In this document: positions 61,301-64,000 of the stretch, in pieces
Layout of the letters: the number at the start of each line of letters is the position of its first letter
Numbering within the stretch: the stretch's first letter is position 1
Source of the DNA: Eledone cirrhosa
Lineage: Eukaryota
Reading direction: 5' to 3'
Assembly (NCBI GenBank): GCA_964016885.1
Contig: OZ024742.1
Span: 319,300,001-319,364,000 of the forward strand
Length of the DNA stretch: 64,000 bases
Position numbers and translations under genes: made by a program
The notes under the pieces: model-generated
What the model was told of the DNA's origin: nothing
The model's input: only the letters and a program-made list of their open reading frames with translations
The model's database searches: none

Positions 61301-64000
61301 TCATGAATTGTGAAGTGAGAATTCATAACAGGGCTCAAGTATTTTATAGATATAGTAAAAAAAAATTAAAAAAAAGTGATAGTAAAGGTAGTCCAAGGAA
61401 AATAGTTTGGTTAATTAACTCTTATTTCAGTGATTTTAAGAATAATCAAAAATTTAGTTATATAACTAACTTTCTCATTGTTAAAGTTATTTTGAACCAA
61501 ACTTAAAGGTTTTAATCTAAAATTATGATGGAGTGTTTTTAGATAAATATAAAGTTTAGTATCATAGAAACAGGGGTGGTTTGGCATCAAAAGAGCTAAA
61601 TATATTAGTAGAATAGAGCAGAGCAGAGAACATGAACATACCAGGCTATCCTTGACAAAGAGGCAGCTACAGGAAGCAGGGTAAAATTAATAATAGTGCT
61701 CAATAAATTTAGTCAGTTGTTGATGGGATGCAGTTTAGTTGATAGTGGTGTACAATTAGAAGAAAAAGGATAGTGGTGGTTGAAATGTACTACTGGGAAG
61801 CAAAGGTTTGTCAGGTGGCATATTTGGATTTGTTCCAGAATGTCATGTGAAGACTACTACATTGTAAGATGAAATTGCACTTAGCATAAAGCTGGAATAC
61901 TTTTAAGGCCCCGAAAGTAAACCAAATCTTCACTGTGCTATATATGTCCAATCACATAAAATAGGGGAGTTTGAACATAGAAGAGGACAGAGCAGGGTAC
62001 GGTGATAGTAAGCTGAACATTAACATAAGAGATAGAAATAACCGATTTTTGGTGTTCAATCCATTGAACATTGTTAAATTAGGATGTAAGTACTTAGCAT
62101 TCCACAGGTAGCTGTAGCCTAAACATAATTCTCAGACTATATTTGCATGACAATATATAAGACCAGGCCTCTGAATTACAGGTACAATACCTCCAATAGG
62201 CCTTCATGTATTTTCCATCTGCCCAATTTCACTTGCAAGGCTTGAGTTGATCTGTGGGATTGAACCTAGTAGCTCAATATTGTGAAACTGACTTAAGGTT
62301 TACTGAAGTTGAAAAAGCACCAGCACATGATCTGATGGAACCTGACAAAAAGCTTCTGATCTGTTATTAGGGATAAAACTGTGAAGCCCATTGGCAGATA
62401 GCTTTATCAGAAAAGTTCTCAAGTGTCAGATACAATTGAAAGCTTTGCTAGTTTCAAAAACTAATTTACTTTCAAATTTTTCAAGATAAAAGACCATTGA
62501 ATGTAAGCCATCTCATGGATTTGGCTCTACTCAAACCATATTGCAGATCACTGAAGTGATTTTAGGTGATAAGGTCATATCTATCATGCTAGAAATGTTG
62601 ACTGGCTCAATGGCCTAGCTGCAGAAAGAACGAACTAGTATTTATTAAGGATATGTCAAAATCCAACAGATGTCCAGTACTGCCCTACCTAATGATTGTA
62701 TGCACATCTTGGTATGGAGAGTAGACTGAAGATTTGCTGTGTGCATGAAAGAGAGGTAAAAAATGTGAGTTTCGTCTGCAGGGGTTATTTTCGGCGCCAA
62801 TTGGATTGAGGAGTTTCTTGACAATCATCTTTTGTAGCTAACAGCTTCCTAGTTGACTGATTGCTAACAAATATTGTAGACAGTATTATTTTGTTGATAC
62901 AGCTACTTCTCGTTGCATTGTGGAATTTAACTTATGGAGAGATGTAGTTACAAGAATAGACTTAGCAGAACTGAATCACATTTACGAAACGAGGCAGTCC
63001 AAACCATTTAGCTTATTTGAACTACCAAAAGCTTTAGAGTATTGCTGAAACAGGTCGTGATCAGATAATCCTAGAAGATTGATCACGAATATTTTTATTA
63101 TCTTTTCCTTCAGTTCTATCCTAATTTAGATGAATCTGCAGTATCACATCGACACATTCGAGACATTTTCTCTGGATATCAATTAGAGGACTTGTCTCAT
63201 CATTGATTTTTGAAATAATTCAAGTTAAGCGATGCTCCAGTATGACCATATTCCTATGAAAAAATAGAGATTAAATAATAAACACTAAATATATATAAAG
63301 GGACCAAACATACCAGTTTATTTGCTGCACTTCACATTTATCATAGTAGCAGTTGACATAGCTGAATGGACAAAAAATCCCCTATGGACTGCTTACTTTC
63401 ACAGATAAGGTACTTAACTGCTTGAGTATCTTATTTCCGCAAATTATTACCCGAAAAACATCGGTTACCGTTTTTGCAGCTTCGCTTGCGATATAAAAAG
63501 ACTAACGGAAATTAGGATTTCAGATTTGAAGAGTAAAATCGCTTTCTTCATCTTTATGCTATGATGCAATGTATGAGCATTGTCTTAAAAGTAAAATCTC
63601 CGTACCTGCTCTAATTTTTTTTAGATTAAAAGCTGAAAAAAAAAGAAAAAGAAAGAAATATAATCCATTATATTTCTTGGAGAAAATGTTCTTAAAATTT
63701 TTCGAACAGTTACATACACACATACATACATAAGTTGTAAAGTACGAAGCAATAGGATTAGGCTTAAATTACTTGTAAGTAATTTATCGATAAGATAAAA
63801 TGAAAGAAAATACAAACAATGGAGAAAAATGGAAATTTAATTTAAAACGTTAACACAATAGGAATACAAAATATGAATACCATGAAGAGTTAAAAAAAGT
63901 ACATATAGATTATTGCCTTAAGATTTATTAAATAAAATCTCAAATACATTCTTAAGTAAGTTATTTGAATAACTTTTTTTTTAAATGAAGGTAAAATTTA

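Larger units (their letters stand above)
48600..63632 (-). pseudogene. Decayed multi-exon gene; 5' exons CMIP-like (PH + helical domain), 3' exons unassigned, possibly ARM/HEAT-like
   Basis: Exon-like blocks with good splice sites: 63632-63314, 63253-~62304, 61041-60424, 59218-59110, 58864-58743, 55637-55255, 55179-54890, ~53160-53065, 52444-52362, 52043-51612, and probable blocks ~50620-50366 and ~49440-48600. Translations look protein-like but carry many in-frame stops and some frameshifts. Phase is kept across the 60-nt intron 63313-63254. Confidence 0.6.

Noticed and set aside
60424-63632. Rescue of the relic gene's stops by A-to-I editing (UAG/UGA to Trp), readthrough or selenocysteine
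   Set aside because: Stops are numerous and of all three types, and frameshifts are also needed (for example near 63120); ordinary decay is simpler

Overview
AT-rich, repeat-dense animal genomic DNA. The SINE/LINE families suggest an octopod cephalopod, which is an inference. Read by hand, it contains: (1) the last 8 coding exons of a nucleoprotein TPR/Megator gene on + (764-22724); (2) a complete 12-exon cyclophilin E (PPIE/Cyp33, RRM + PPIase, 305 aa) gene on - (48344-25602), convergent with TPR, whose intron 8 is a textbook U12 minor-spliceosome intron; (3) a multi-exon minus-strand gene relic upstream of PPIE (~48600 to the window end), with mostly intact GT-AG sites but many stops and frameshifts, whose 5' exons resemble the PH and helical region of CMIP. 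Introns hold one near-intact RTE-clade LINE with a TSD, several dead RTE/CR1 copies (two with a PHD-like finger, one with a twin-priming-type 5' inversion), three SINE families, TTAA MITEs, non-autonomous Helitrons, three large minisatellites, and Penelope-type minimal hammerhead ribozyme motifs in the PPIE sense strand. No database searches were run; family names rest on remembered motifs, and repeat boundaries are approximate.
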